A stretch of DNA of 58,677 bases, counting the filler, from Sphacelaria rigidula (taxonomy: Eukaryota): NCBI GenBank assembly GCA_964200075.2. It is 5 parts of 5 records of this genome, joined end to end, with 100 filler letters (N's around TTAATTAATTAA, not from the genome) between each part and the next. Parts side by side here need not be neighbours in the genome. Positions count along the whole stretch, not along the records: positions 11,758 to 23,413 come from CAXNAA020004656.1; positions 23,514 to 35,168 come from CAXNAA020004657.1; 3 more parts are not named here. One strand, given 5' to 3'. Below the pieces are notes generated by a model. The model had not been told where the DNA came from. It saw only the letters and a list, made by a program, of their open reading frames with translations, and ran no database searches. Made by a program: the position numbers and the translations under genes. Positions 11,758 through 25,019 of this stretch are shown here, piece after piece (the stretch's first letter is position 1; each line of letters opens with the position of its first letter).

Positions 11758-14700
11758 GAAGATTTTAATCCTCCGGGTTCTCATCCTCAATGAAGAGCAC
11801 CATCCTCAACATAGATGATTGGCTGTTTAAAAGTGTTAGTAAAAGTAATCTGCAGTAAAATTATACTGGGAATCTCGAGTTTGAGATATCTCGAATACTA
11901 TGCAAATTGCGGTCTGAGCCGCTCGATCTGCAGTCAGGTCGAGATTTGACTGGATACTAAAGGGTCCGAAATCCGAAGCATCCGGTTTGGATTTGGCCAG
12001 CACCCCAATAGTCCACCTACCAACAAAGTAGGTGAACGCAGTAGACACTACGGTCTACTGTGCTCACTGTAGGCTGGTTCGCGATAAAAACCTCGGGGCA
12101 CACGGAGGAGCGGTAAGAGTTCACTGCTGCTGCGTATTCGGTGTTCGACTGTCTGAGCTGTCGTAGTGCTGTCGCACCCCCATGCAGCAAGTAAGTCGTT
12201 CTTCTCCCGGAAGGGCACATGAAGACAAGTAAGGTACTGTCATTCTGTCCGTGGATCCGTGTACGGCAGCCCTGGCCGACCAGCGGGAATGTTCCGCGAT
12301 CAACACGGGCTTCACCACAGATCAAAACAACAGCAGCTGCAGTAACCTAGTAGTCAACTTCGTTGGGTAAATTACGAGACATCACTCTCAAGCGTGACTT
12401 ACTACCGGTCGGCTGTCGATTAGCCCCCAGCTTCTGCGCTACCAAATGCTTACTGGAATTTTTGCAGAAGTAGGTCTAAGTGTTGATCTAATTATCCTCA
12501 GCCGATCGCCGTTGATTCCCCCGCACATCACACCTGAAACCTGATCGTGCTTGGAGGTGCCGTGAAGGGGCCCGGAATGTATCCATGGATCGAGTTCTGG
12601 AACACAATTCAGGTACGCTGCCAGTGCCGTCGTAGTTAGTTCGCAGTCGTTTTGGGCGACAACCTGACCGGGCAGTTGGGACGGGATGCACACGACGAAT
12701 AGGTCAACACAGTAACGAAGTGGAACGGCACCCAGACTGTTTCGTCTCAAATATCGATACTCCGCAGCCCCCCGTCCTGATTCGTGACGTGGGGCGAAGC
12801 TAGTTACTGGGGTGTGGGTACGAACGGAGCGTGCTGTTCGCACAAGCTACAAAAAGAGCGGACGGGCTTGCGCACGACGTTTGAATTGCGATCAGTCTCC
12901 GCAAGTGTCTCCACTGCTCTTCAACCCCCTTCTACGGGGGGTAGGAAGGTATCGATTTCAAACGACACCCGATCCAGTCTAACCGAGATATTGAACTGGA
13001 TACTCGTGCTTGCTACTCGTAGCTGGGAATCATGTCTACGTCTTCGTCGGCAGGAGCTCTCGCTGATACATACTACGTGCAGACGTGCAAGACCGATTTC
13101 ATCGTAATTGGCATGCAAGGGGGCGAGGCCGAAGCCACCATAACTCGGATAGTGTGCACGATGGTTACTGTCAGCTTGATCTCATCATGGTGCAACGCTC
13201 GGAAGATAAAGCGGCTACTGCTCTTCTTCTCTCATTGGCTCAGGTAAGCTGTCGGGTCATGTAAGCTGTCGGGTCATGTAAGCTAGTCTCCTCGTGGCTA
13301 GCCCGCTGCCCGCTGTAGACTTGGCTGTACCGGGTGTGTAGAGCTAGCGCGAGCAGGATAGTACGGTACGATGTATTCCCACATTGGGCTGGATGAGGGT
13401 CCTCGCCCGAAAAACTACAGGCAGCGGAGTTTCACAACTTTTGTTGTGAGTGATCGGTATACTTTAGAGTCAGGTGTGGGCTGTTGGGGAGGGGGTATGA
13501 CGTGTTCCAAGAGCACGGCGTCGAAACCATGACACGTGCCTTCATGCGCGGCTGCCTCTTCTTAAGCTGGACTGCAAAAGCTTCACTTCCCGTTCGGGTG
13601 CAATGATGAGCGCATCAATCCGTACATCGATCTTTCATCTTACCCGACCGATGTGCTGCTGGTATGAGAACGGGTTCCAGCGGAGTACCGACTACAACTG
13701 CAGCACATCGGTTCCGGAACATAGTCTCTTGGACGGCGTAATTCCTTTGAGGAAGATCTCATGTGCGGTCATTTCGATAGAACCCCACCGTGCTGCTAAC
13801 CACGCAAACGGATACAACCTGGAAAAACCCGAAGCGGTCTGTGGGTGTCTTACAGGTGATTGACCGCTGTTCAGGCAGTCGCTTTGTTCTTCATTTGTTG
13901 CGGGTGCGTGGGCGTTTGTGAGCGAACAGGTGTAGTTTGCGAAACAACATAGTACAGCACCAGCATGTGCATGAAAAATTTGCTGGTTCCCGTTTTTCAT
14001 TTTCTTGACAGATCGTCGCAAGATACGATCTTCGCAGGAGTTGGATTCCCCTACGCTAGATTACAGTACAACACTGAACAGTACAGTGCCGCCCCACGGA
14101 CAGTACGTCATCCTGAGCTGTCATCTTTCCAACTCACCATGAGTCACATTCGAGCGGCAGAAAAGAATCTTGCTACTCGTATGTACGGCAATTACGCCGT
14201 ATACCAAATGAGCCGGAGATTGTCATAGACAGCCAGTCGAAGTAACGGAACAAAGAATAGCAAGCCTGAAGTTATTTTCAGGTTGCCGTGTTTGTTCAGA
14301 AAGTTTCGGAAAACAAAAATAGGCCAGAAAACTCAGGGATGAATATCTTTTGATCGAATTTTAGTCAGAAGACGCAAATTACCCCTGAGTTTTTGGCTCA
14401 AAAGTTTGGTTTCCGAAACTCTTATATTGTAGTTCTCACAACTTCCTTCGTGAACGCAATAACTGCCTCCATGAGAAGAGGTCTCCTACTCATGAGTCCA
14501 GCCCACGCTTTCAATTGTGTAGCTTTTCAATCAGATCAGGTACGGTACGGTTCCTTGGCAAGAAACATGCAAACACATTAGTGTGGTGTGCTCTCTTTAT
14601 AGCATACATACTTGGAGTTGGACTGTTCGCACACAATTATTTACTGTCTGCATAGCGATGTAGCCGGGCAGCATACTTTCGTCTGGCCCTCCCAGAATTG

Positions 14701-15026
14701 ACCGGAAATTATTTTCTTGTCTGTGCCCAAATCGATCGGAACGGTTGCCAACCGAAAACGCTCCGGGGACCTAAAAGTCATCAGGCGTCAGGTGTTCTAT
14801 TTCGTGGATTGAGTTCGGTCGGCCGAGTTCGAATCCACGCCAGCTCCGAGGACGAAACAAATATCAATCAGTAACAATTGCCTGTGTATCTACATAGCAC
14901 CTTGACCTCCCGATAACGTAGCAGACAAGGGGAACACTGTTCTTCCTTCCGCTGCGTTCCGAAGTAACGAATGCGTACTTTTACCTTTCCATCGTCAGTT
15001 GTACGTATAACCCATATAATGTCAGT

Positions 15027-15094
<68 letters not shown>

Positions 15095-15251
15095 CCCCAC
15101 GCCCCACCCTCTCCCCCCCCTGGCCCGCCAACCCACTGAGCNNNNNNNNNNATATAATGTCAGTACCCCCCCCCCCGCCCCCGCCCACCCTCTACCTCTC
15201 CACAGTCTGTAGTCTGCAGTAACCAGTCGCGGCAGTCGACAATTTCATCTA

Positions 15252-15510
15252 CCCTTGGACCAAAATGCGGGTAGTCCATCTGCATCACACACACTTTTTT
15301 CAAGTGAAAATGATGCCGATTCAGCAGGTGACATATTCCCTCCTGGTGAAAGAGTCCAGGTCGCGTCGATACCTTGGCAAACAGGCGACCTGCGAGGTCT
15401 CTCGGGAGTTAAACTTTGGACGGCGAGAGTAGGTTATCTGTTGAATCGGTACAATTCCACTCGAAAAAACTGTGCATGATCCAGATGGACTACCCTCGCG
15501 ATCCATGGGT
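15252..15510. mobile_element. Two degenerate family A piggyBac-like MITE copies in inverted orientation
   Basis: GGGTAGTCCATCTG...GATGCCGATTCAGCAGGTGAC at about 15252-15355 and its reverse-orientation relative ...CTGTTGAATCGG...CCAGATGGACTACCC at about 15415-15510. Confidence 0.6.
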
Positions 15511-17035
15511 CGAGGGTCTTGTTTTATCCTCTCGAACCCATCACTGGGAAACATGAACGTACGAGGTATCAACCGGGGATCTTGATTTTCTGTCACAGCT
15601 GATCACCAGACAGCGCCGGGGCGCGGGGGTACTACTACTGTTGGTATGTTATGTGGCTTGTTGGCGCGAGTACATAGCAAACGCTTTGAAAATTGCTCTA
15701 CGAACATGAAGAAGGGGCATTCCCTTGTTCGTTGAATCTGGAATCCAAGTGAACTGTCGCATGGGGTATGTCCGACGTGGTATCGTAGTTTGCAGTTCAG
15801 ACACCACACTCTCCCCAGTCCTCCTTCGGGGGTCATAAACGATCATAATTCCGTTCGCCGTGGAGGAAGTGAAATTCACTCTAAATTCCTCGGCAGCGCA
15901 GTTGCACAAGCTTGTGACATGACATACCCTGGATACCCATCGGACCCAGCTGATCTTTTCTGACTATTCCCACCTGATCTTTCCCGACTTCCCCTGTCCC
16001 AGAAGTATGCCAGGTTATGTTTGTACGAGCACCCAACGTTGTCCGCTTTTCGATTCGTTTTTTTTATTGCATCATTTCATTCTTTGGCGTATTTTTACTG
16101 AAAACCCATTATTTTTTTGTTTTCCAACAGTTACCGATTTGCCCCCACCCGCGGCCGAATGGCTGCACAAAAAAACAGACGGTCTGAGAATGGCCTGATT
16201 TCGCCCCTCCCCGTGTGCGATCCAGCCTAGCCAGCCATAAAATCCGCACGCCTTCGGCATACGATGACCTTTCCCACTCTCCCGAATCAGCCGGGTGTGA
16301 GTGTATAATATCGCTGTGAAGTGCAGACTCGCCTACTGATGCACGCTCTGCCGCCAGAAGGGGAAAAAAAAAATGTGCTGCAGCGAAATATGTCACCTCA
16401 AACAGATGCGGGACCATATTCTGCGAAGAAGTCAAGAATCTGTCGGGATTTGTGTTTTTTCCTTGGCGGAAGAAGGAAACCCAACCCAACAGCTACCCCG
16501 CAGGGATTCGAACTGTTGATATTCCGCCCGCCTTGTAGGCGTTTTTTGAGTCAGGTAGACAACGGAGTCCAGCGGTCCCGCAGAAAGTGGAACTGCTGTG
16601 CCCCATTTCAAGAGTGTTTGAGTCGAAATTTTATAAGGACCTTCTGCACATCAATTGCAAAGAAGAATCACGGAAGTAAGACCGACTCTAATGATGGGAG
16701 CTGTTCAAAATTCTCGTTCAAAACTGCCTTTTTGGCCCTTCTCCGTCGTTTTACGCCTGAAAAGAGGGTCAGGCGCATATTTCTGCGTTGGAATAACTTG
16801 CTCTACTAAGGGCAACTTTGCATTTCAGCAGCTGCTGCAGCAGCAATAACAACGACAACAACAAGCAAATTAAGAAGGGCAGAACTGCCAGCACCCACTC
16901 TTGGCTTGCCCAGGTCGTGGGTGGACGACGTTTCTGTGGTGGGGAAGTTGAGCGGTCGTCTCGTCCACCTGATCCCAAATGAAGTATTAACCCTTTTGGG
17001 ACCGGACCTCCAACTAACACGGGGGTCAACTCTTT

Positions 17036-19830
17036 TTGATTGATTGATTGATTGCCGCACTTCGACTGACCCCCCAGGGGTCCAGCCGTGATCTCATGAT
17101 AGACGTACCCAAGGGGAAACTGAAACACGCTTTGCAGAAAAGAAGGAACAGGAAAAAAAAAGAAAGATCGAACAGAACGACATAGCAGGCCAAGTCGTAA
17201 CAAAAAAAAGTAATAAAAGAGTCAACACAAGCGAAGCACAGAGAGAAAGCCGACCTAAAACAAAAAAAAGGAAAAGAGGAAAGTCCAGAACAAACAAAAT
17301 AAAATACGATAAAACGGTGAAAACAAAAAGGAAAAGGCTCAAGGGATTCAGGGAAGCAGAGTAGATACAGATACACACCAGTTGGCACCGCAGAGCCACC
17401 GACTAAGGACATGATCAACAACCGATACGAGCGGACAGGATTCTCCGGTTGGCAGCCCTCGACGCAGCAGCCTCTCGCTTGTGGCGGCGGTCTGATTCTC
17501 GCTTGTTCGCGCGTCGCCACGTGTCCTCAAATTCTTCGGCTCCTTTTCGACTCCAATATGAGCCGCCGCGCCCCGGTGGTGTAATGGTCCGACTGTCGCC
17601 ATTAGGATGGAGAGAACGGGGGTTCGATTCCAGATGCGTTGGGTTTTTTCTTCGTAATGTATGATTTCCACCGTGGAAAGCGTGAGAACGTTAGTAAACA
17701 AAGTCGACTGGCTTTGTGTGACATGAGTTGACGCGGTGCGGGAGTGCTGATCCAATCCGCGAGAACACAATGAACGGCGCGTACTGGGGGAGAGATGAGT
17801 TGATCCCTTGTGACCACGGACTCATCCAGAGGAAGGGGAGGGGTTGGAAGTGTGAGGAAAACAATATATATATATATATATATATGTGCCATTTGCCCAT
17901 GTTCTTCGCCGCAGTGACCCAATCGTATGCATTGTTAACCTCTACACCGTAGGCGAACCACTTTCGTCGGGCTCCTTTGTGCGGGAAATCCCCCAGCGCA
18001 CGTAGGTCCTCCGTTGGGGTATCCTCCCATTGCTTGGGGGGGGCGGCCGACCTCCCTCGGTCCTCGTGTGGAAAGCCGAGCGTTCATGACAGGCCTGGGA
18101 AGGCGTATGTCCTTTTGCCGGACAAGGGCTCCCGCGAACCAGAGTTGACGTTTGCGGATAGTCCTCTCGATACGTGCCCAGTTGGTCATCTCGACCACCG
18201 CTCTGTACGAAAGAGTCTTGTAGCTATTTCGATCGTTCCTGCGGAATCCAACCACTCGCAGCGAGAGCTTGATGCGCAGTGCGCGCAGAATGTCGAAGTC
18301 CTCAGAACGTAGCATTCACGTGGCACACCCATACAACAGAGCTTCCACCACCTCCGCTTTAACCAGTCGATCTTTCAAGGATGGCTCGGCGTTGGGTCGG
18401 TCGCAGAGTTCGGAGCTATATTTTCGGATACGTGCCCACGCCGCGCTGACACGGCGGTTGATTTCGATGGATATTTTCGCATCCGCGCTGATAACTCCAC
18501 TAAAGTCGATGAATCTCCCCGTCTGCTTATACCGTTGACCAGCAGCTTTGATATCCAGGGTGGCCTCCGTGGGACTGGGTACGGACCAAAGGCGCATGGA
18601 CTCTGTCTTGTTCTCAGATACCATCAGGCCGAATTTCTGGCAGGTCATCACTATCACGGCCATCATTCGAGCAAGGCCTTCTAAGGTCTTCGAGGCTATG
18701 CCGGCGTCGTCCGCATAAAGCATTGCCCACACCGCGCGTCGCACCTTTTCCAGTGGTGTCTCTTCCACGGGTTCACCACCGACACCTTGTGGCGCATCAT
18801 CTAGAAAGACCAAATCTGAGACGATGACTGGGTCCGCCGCAAACCGCTGGACGATCATTTCCACCAAGCCTGCTCCGAAGATGTTGAACAGCAGCAGAGA
18901 CGAAACGCAACCTTGTCTGAGTCCCTGGCAGACGTCGAACCACGCTGATAGTTCGCCACTATCTAGCTGTACTCGAGCTCGCATGCCGTCGTAAAACATA
19001 CGGATGATCGTGATCATTCGCGACAGGACTCCGAACCGAGCAAGTACATCCACAGGAGCGTGCGGTCTACAGAATCGTAGGCTTTCTGCAGATCGATAAA
19101 GCACATGTTTTTTGGGATGTTGCTCGCCCGTCCCAACTCCTGGAGTCGGCGTACTACGAACATGATGTCTGTGGTCGATCTTTAGCGCCTAAATCCACAC
19201 TTCTCTTCCGGGAAGACATCTGTTTCCTCACAAAAATCACCGAGCCTGTGGCTACGACTTCGAGGAAAACTTCAGCAGTATGTGCCACAAGTGAAATGCC
19301 TCTGTAGTTACTACACTGGGCCCTATCTTGTTTTATGTGTAGCACTTTGATGGTGACATCTTTCCGTTCTTGCGGCACCTCGCCAGATGTCCAAACCGCA
19401 GAGACGACGTCGTGGAAGTGGTACAAAATGTCCGACGCCTCCCCGTTGACTCCAAGCTTCAGGATCTCAGCAGGAATACCATCCGGACCGGTTGCTTTGC
19501 CATTCGACATAGCTCTCAGAGCCTCCACAGTTTCACTTGGGCTCGGTGGGTCTCCTAGTGACAACGTTATTGGTCGTCGAGATATCTCCTCGATGATGGT
19601 GCGGTCGATAGTTGCCGGTATGGCGTTCAGCAATGTAGAAAAATACCGTTCTTTCCCGTGAGGGACAGTGTGCGGACGTTATAAGTAGCCACTTTGAGCT
19701 CCCCACTACATGTCCCAGCTTTAGCCTTCTCTAAATCTACGAGTCTTTCTCTTTGTTCTGCTCTCCTTTTTGGTCCGTTGCGTCTTCTAATTTTACGGGC
19801 GAGCTGACTCTGTGTTGGTAAAATCATGGG
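17036..19830 (-). mobile_element. Degenerate RTE-clade LINE (non-LTR retrotransposon) with RT domain, internally deleted endonuclease and (TCAA)n 3' tail
   Basis: Frameshifted ORF pieces: [11 protein letters not shown] (start of APE), [48 protein letters not shown] (RT catalytic motif), [29 protein letters not shown]. (TTGA)n at 17036-17054 is the 3' tail. Confidence 0.92.
17565..17881 (+). mobile_element. tRNA-derived SINE inserted in the RTE LINE ORF
   Basis: Pol III A box TGGTGTAATGG and B box GGTTCGATTCC; (AT)n tail; TSD ATATGAGCC (17556-17564) / ATATGTGCC (17882-17890). Removing it restores the LINE peptide ...NMGKWHIGVEK.... Confidence 0.75.
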
Positions 19831-20511
19831 GAAAAAAGTCAGGGAGCGACCTGACCAATCATGGCGAGGTGAAACATATCGCCTAGATCCGAACGGCCAG
19901 TGCGAGGATTGTCACCGACTCTAAAATTTGATGTCACTGCCAAGATCGTGGGGGGGGGCCAGATAAAACGCCTTCCCAGGTTTCCAATGCCCGGATGGTC
20001 GGGGAGCGATTCCTTATTATTTACTTACATTCAGTTTAGCGCTTCCGTATTTCCCGGATGTTTTTTTGGTCGCCAGCCTATACTAAAACGTAGTAATTTC
20101 ATGAACACATGATTGGGGGGGGGGGGGGGGGGGAGCGCCCCCTCCCACTCGTGGGACTTTTTTAGGTGGGCCAGAATCCCNNNNNNNNNNAAATGCGTAC
20201 CACACCAAAAAAAAACTGCGATACGCAAAATTCCACTACGCACCCCACACGGGCGGCGGGGCAAGCGCACCTGCCACATCGTGGTCATTTTCACGAGGGC
20301 ACTAAATCCAGCTGGGCCGTGGAACGAGAGAAGGAGCTACAGTCATGGGTTCCGCCCATCCCTCTGCTGAGGCCTTGCAGTGTGCAGTAAACATGCATGC
20401 AGTGGGCGGGGACGAACAAGCTATGTAAAGGGAGCTTATCTCCGTAGCTGAGAACTGCCCAGAACGTGAAAGGGAGTATGCAGCGGCAGCTGCTGCTGCA
20501 GTCGGAGAGGC

Positions 20512-21106
20512 TTCACCCTTAGACCGCGAGGATAGGTCACCTGCTGAATCGGCATCAATTTTTACTCGGAAAAATTATGAATCGCGGTCTAGTTCATACT
20601 GTATTTCATAATTTTTCCAAGTAAAAATTGATGCCGATTCAGCAGGTGACCTATCCTCGCGGTCTAAGTGTTGACCCTATGGGGACCGGAGTCCCAGAAA
20701 CACGTGGTTTGCACGCAGGGGCCTTTTTGTGTATCGGCATCATTTTTACTTGAAAACGACTGAAAATGATGCCAATTTACCAGAAGGCCCGTGAGTGCAA
20801 ACTAGATGTTTGTGGGAACCGGTCCCAAAAGGTTGATCCTTAGACCGCGGTGCGGGTAGTCCATCTGGACCACGCCCACTTTGAAACAGTGAAATTGATG
20901 CCGATTCAGCAGGTGACCCACCCTCGCCGTCCAAGAGTTATGAAAAAAGTGCGAGTGATCCAGATGGACTACTCGTAGCAGCATCGCGGTCTGAAGGTTA
21001 ATTTGACCGCGAGGGTAGGTCACCTGCTGAATCGGCATCAATTTCACTTGAAAAAGTATGAGTAATCCAGATGAACTACGTAACTGCAACGCGATCTTAG
21101 GGTTAA
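20512..21106. mobile_element. Tandem chain of five piggyBac-like MITEs (20516-20670, 20675-20832, 20837-20937, partial 20941-20997, 21002-21102)
   Basis: Units bounded by CCCT...AGGG-like ends and separated by single TTAA/TTGA tetranucleotides; full-length units share the GATGCCGATTC/GAATCGGCATC motif or a close variant. Confidence 0.7.
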
Positions 21107-22031
21107 TGCACTGTATGTGCGCCGCAACCCCCACGCCCTTCGAAGAGAAGTGCTACTTGCGTCAAGGAGGGAAACCGCGATCGACCCCGACCACAAGGAG
21201 CTGTGTGTCAAGGTAATGGGGACAAAGGTATCATCCAAAGCCACAAGTGGCCGGTGGCCCGCCGGTCGCCACGTCTTGTTGAAAGCTCTGTGCGGCGACT
21301 GCGTGTTACATCTGTGCATTACCTAATGCAAACCCCATCCAAATTACAGCTGTACCTGCACCTGGAAATAGATTCGGTGAAACTCTCGGTGTTCCTACTG
21401 ACCCTGCGGTTACTTACATCGTACATACGTGGATTTTCATCAAAATGAAGTCACTGTTACGTGCAGACACCAGACACGTCAACCCCAAGCAGCCTCGTTG
21501 GTCGTTCCATTGGACCGAACTGATGTCGAAACTCGTGTATAGTGTTGCAACGGCATCCCACTAGACGCGCCTCTGGGCGGTTGCAAAAGTACGCTTGACA
21601 GGGTAACGCAGTTACAACATTGTGTAAAGGCACACTGCATGCAGTGAAGCCACCAACGCCCCGATCCTGCACCGAAGTGCTTCACACCGCCGCTGAAAGC
21701 ACACATATGTGGCCACTGATCGACCTGGCGGCATAGCTGGACGTGTTTGACTAACACCATCTCTGATTACACTTCATTTTCTCTATCAAGTGTTTCGTCA
21801 ACGAGTTGTTGCGGGGAAAAGGGTACTCCATTTTTATAAAACGCCGTGGAAATGGCACTCCATATCAATGAGTGGCACGGGGTGCAGACTGCGAGATTAG
21901 GTCCTTGGCTTACATGAATTGAAATACTGACCCAAACAATTCCGTAAGAAGGCATGAGGGCACCCAACCTATTGCGCTTGGGCCAGGTGCTGACCTCTAA
22001 GCAGGGTAGCCTAGTATAGTATAGGTGATGC

Positions 22032-22310
22032 TTAACGCTTGGACCGCGAGGGTAGGTCACCTGCTGAATCGGTATCAGTTTAATTTGAAAAAGTTAAACA
22101 AGTATGTGATCCAGATAGACCACCCGCACCGCCGTCTGAGGGTCAACCCTTTTGGAACCAGATTCCCAAAAATGCGTAGTTTGCACTCAGGGGCCTTTTA
22201 GTAAATCGGCATCATTTTCAGTCGTTTTCAACGAACAATGATGCCGATTCAAAAAAAGGTCCCTGCGTGCAAACCACATGTTTCTGGGACTCCGGTCCCC
22301 AAAGGGTTGA
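22032..22310. mobile_element. Pair of piggyBac-like MITEs (A 22036-22142, B 22147-22306)
   Basis: TTAA/TCAA/TTGA junctions; the block is the diverged reverse complement of 20671-20940. Confidence 0.7.
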
Positions 22311-22606
22311 ACCCCAGCTGGGTACGGCCGCAACACTCTGCAATTTTTCTTGTCCCGTTTTACATTTTAATCGTCTGCTCAAGTCGCTCTAGATCCGGTC
22401 TTGAAAAAAATAGTACTGTTGGATCTATACTGTATTGAGTAATTTGAAACACTGCCGTGCGTCGGCTACTCATGTTCGTGTGCCTTGTGACATGTACTCT
22501 CTTGCTTTGAAATCATTTCTACAGGACACTAACATCAAGTGTTTTTGAACGTTTTGGTAAAATCAAGCGGTTTCCAACATCGCTCTAAAATGAGGAAGTT
22601 GTTTTT

Positions 22607-22958
22607 TGGTGGTTCAGTTGTAACCTCGAAACCTTCTGACGATTGGGTCGGCGGAGTTGGGATCTCGGAGCGATCTGGGAATTCTCCTCACACAATGCCC
22701 AGCAGTAGAGAGCGACTATGTCGTGGGTACGCTATATTCGACTTATTGATCGACGAGGAAAAGGGACTGATGAACCCCTCTCGCGATAGACAATGAAAGG
22801 CAAGCACCGCAAAAGGAAGGTAGAGAATCGAAACAAACCAAAAAGGAAAACTCCTGTGTTGGCTTTCCTCCGGTGTGACCCCGGCTGGTGCACCTACATA
22901 CACTGACAGGTGCAGACCGGCGGCCAGAATAAATGGGATGACAATACACACAACACAC
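22607..22958 (+). mobile_element. tRNA-derived SINE (same family as 44602-44960)
   Basis: Head GGTGGTTCAGTTG-TAACCTCGAAACCTTCTGACG with degenerate B box; body aligns along its length with the minus-strand copy at 44602-44960; tail CCAGAATAAATGGGATGACAA followed by (CA)n. Confidence 0.75.
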
Positions 22959-23330
22959 TGAAATCAGGGAGCCTGTACACGGTACTGAAGTCGAAACACT
23001 TGCTGATCGTGCCAGAAAATGGTAGGATTTCGAAGAAATCTGAGGTTTGTGTTGGCGGATGACGAATTATGGGATCAGGTCACGGAATGGCGGATGACGA
23101 CACAACAGGATGGTAGGGGTCACTGTGAGAGAACAAAACGCACCTCCCCCACCCTCGCTCAGTTATGTTCAGTTCCCAAGCCCAAAAAGCACTCCGCGCT
23201 CGGCAATACTGAGCAAGGCAACGAACAGTCACGGGTGCAACACAGTCAAGTACAGTACAAGTGGTGGTTCTCGAACGTGCTCGAATCAATTTGCCCACCC
23301 GCCGCCCTGTTACTCGAGAGAGGGTGGGAC

Positions 23331-23335
<5 letters not shown>

Positions 23336-23365
<30 letters not shown>

Positions 23366-23413
23366 GTCGTCCCATTTATTCTGGGCACCAGTCTACACCT
23401 TTCGGCATGTGTG
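23336..23413 (-). mobile_element. 3' tail fragment of the same SINE/LINE family with a (CA)n microsatellite
   Basis: (GT)n followed by TTGTCGTCCCATTTATTCTGG...AGTCTACACC; another tail copy on + at about 23588-23640. Confidence 0.6.
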
Positions 23414-23513
23414 NNNNNNNNNNNNNNNNNNNNNNNNNNNNNNNNNNNNNNNNNNNNTTAATTAATTAANNNNNNNNNNNNNNNNNNNNNNNNNNNNNNN
23501 NNNNNNNNNNNNN
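23414..23513. other. Artificial contig linker
   Basis: N44-TTAATTAATTAA-N44. Confidence 0.97.
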
Positions 23514-25019
23514 GCGACCAATCAGCGGTCGTTTTTCAAAAAGGGGATTTTGAAAAAGGAGATTATCCCCTTCGTTAAGACAGGCCCTGACGAAAGGTGT
23601 AGACTGGCGTCGAGAATAGATGGGATGATAACAAAACACCAAACGCATCGAGTCCGATGATAGGGGCCGAAATGATTCTCCCCTGAAACACACAACGCGG
23701 TGTCTCCGGCGATGTGTGTGATGCAGTTCGCATGTTGGTTTACCCACCAACGACCACAGAGAGTGTGCCATCGATGAAGAGGGTCCATAGTCGTAGACGG
23801 ATAAAAGGGTTCGATCCGTTTTTTGTGTTTGCATCTATTTTGTACCAAGACTAGACTGCCAGCGTTGTCAAGAGCGGTTGGGAATCCTGTTGGCTGCCAG
23901 CATGGCTTGACTGGGGACACCGACGCGAAGATTGACACCGCCAGTTCAAGGACGTACGGGCGACACGGATGAGAATGAGGAACAAATAGGACCGAGTTTG
24001 AATTTGAAAGCTGCGGGAATCTTGCAACTATTGCCGAATAGTCTGCCCGCAACAACCTCTGGTCGTCCGTTCGAGGTTGAAGGGGTACCTGCATGCAAAC
24101 GAAGAGGGCTGTAGACAGTTCATGATAGACACCGACAGCCAGCAGTGCGGATCAGGTTGCAGTAGAGCATCGTACAATCAATACAGTAGTAGTACGCTGT
24201 AGTATACGTACTCGTAGACACGCTGAAGAAGTCGATACCAGATTTCGAGCGTTACTCCCCGAAGATGCTGTAAAACCGCTGCTAAAAATCTGCTCGATGA
24301 TGTTCATCTACAAAAAATGACTGTTGCACTCTCCTTGAGAGAAGCAACGAACCATAGAAGCTTCATCAGCCCTTGATCATCCCTCACCATGATTCTCTCG
24401 CAGCGAAGGCTGATCCCTCACAGCGAAGTCTGGCCACTGGCAGCGAAGTCCGATCGGGACAAACTGCCAGCAGCGAGGTCAGCAGTACGATGTAACACAC
24501 GTTGGAAGATGACAAACTCTTATGGCCTGCGCAACACAAAGCTCCTAAACTCCTATTCACAGCCCTTGAAGTATATTAGATCCCAGTTAAAGGGAACTAA
24601 ACTACATAAAGTCCTTTGATCATAAGAACTTGTGCTTGACCGATTGATTCATCATGCATACCTGAGCATACACGATGTCTCCGTTCTCAGATATTTGACC
24701 AACGGGACACAGTAGTCCAGGTTCAACCTATTTGTGGAAAATATAAAAAAAAACATGGACTACGTAGCTGGTCACCTGGATCAAGCACCGCTCGACACCA
24801 CTGACTGTGTACTGTACTGTATCGTGGGGTCATTGGGTAGGATAAATAGGCCACAGTCATCTTAATCGGTTGACAGGAACCCTCGACTTATTCCAAATCC
24901 TGAGAAAATTATTACTCCCACATGAGCGGTCAACGTTTCAAGTGACTAACCCACATCCGACCGTATACGAGCCGAGCCCGCTCCCGTCGCCGCACGCACT
25001 GTCGGTACTACAGCCACCA

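Noticed and set aside
11758..13500. Decayed coding-like sequence, possibly an old retroelement, with a 17-bp tandem repeat at 13244
   Set aside because: No diagnostic motif, LTR pair or TSD could be identified.
17565..17640. tRNA-like sequence (also at 44890-44960)
   Set aside because: A and B boxes are present but there is no proper cloverleaf or acceptor stem, and each continues into a SINE body and tail.
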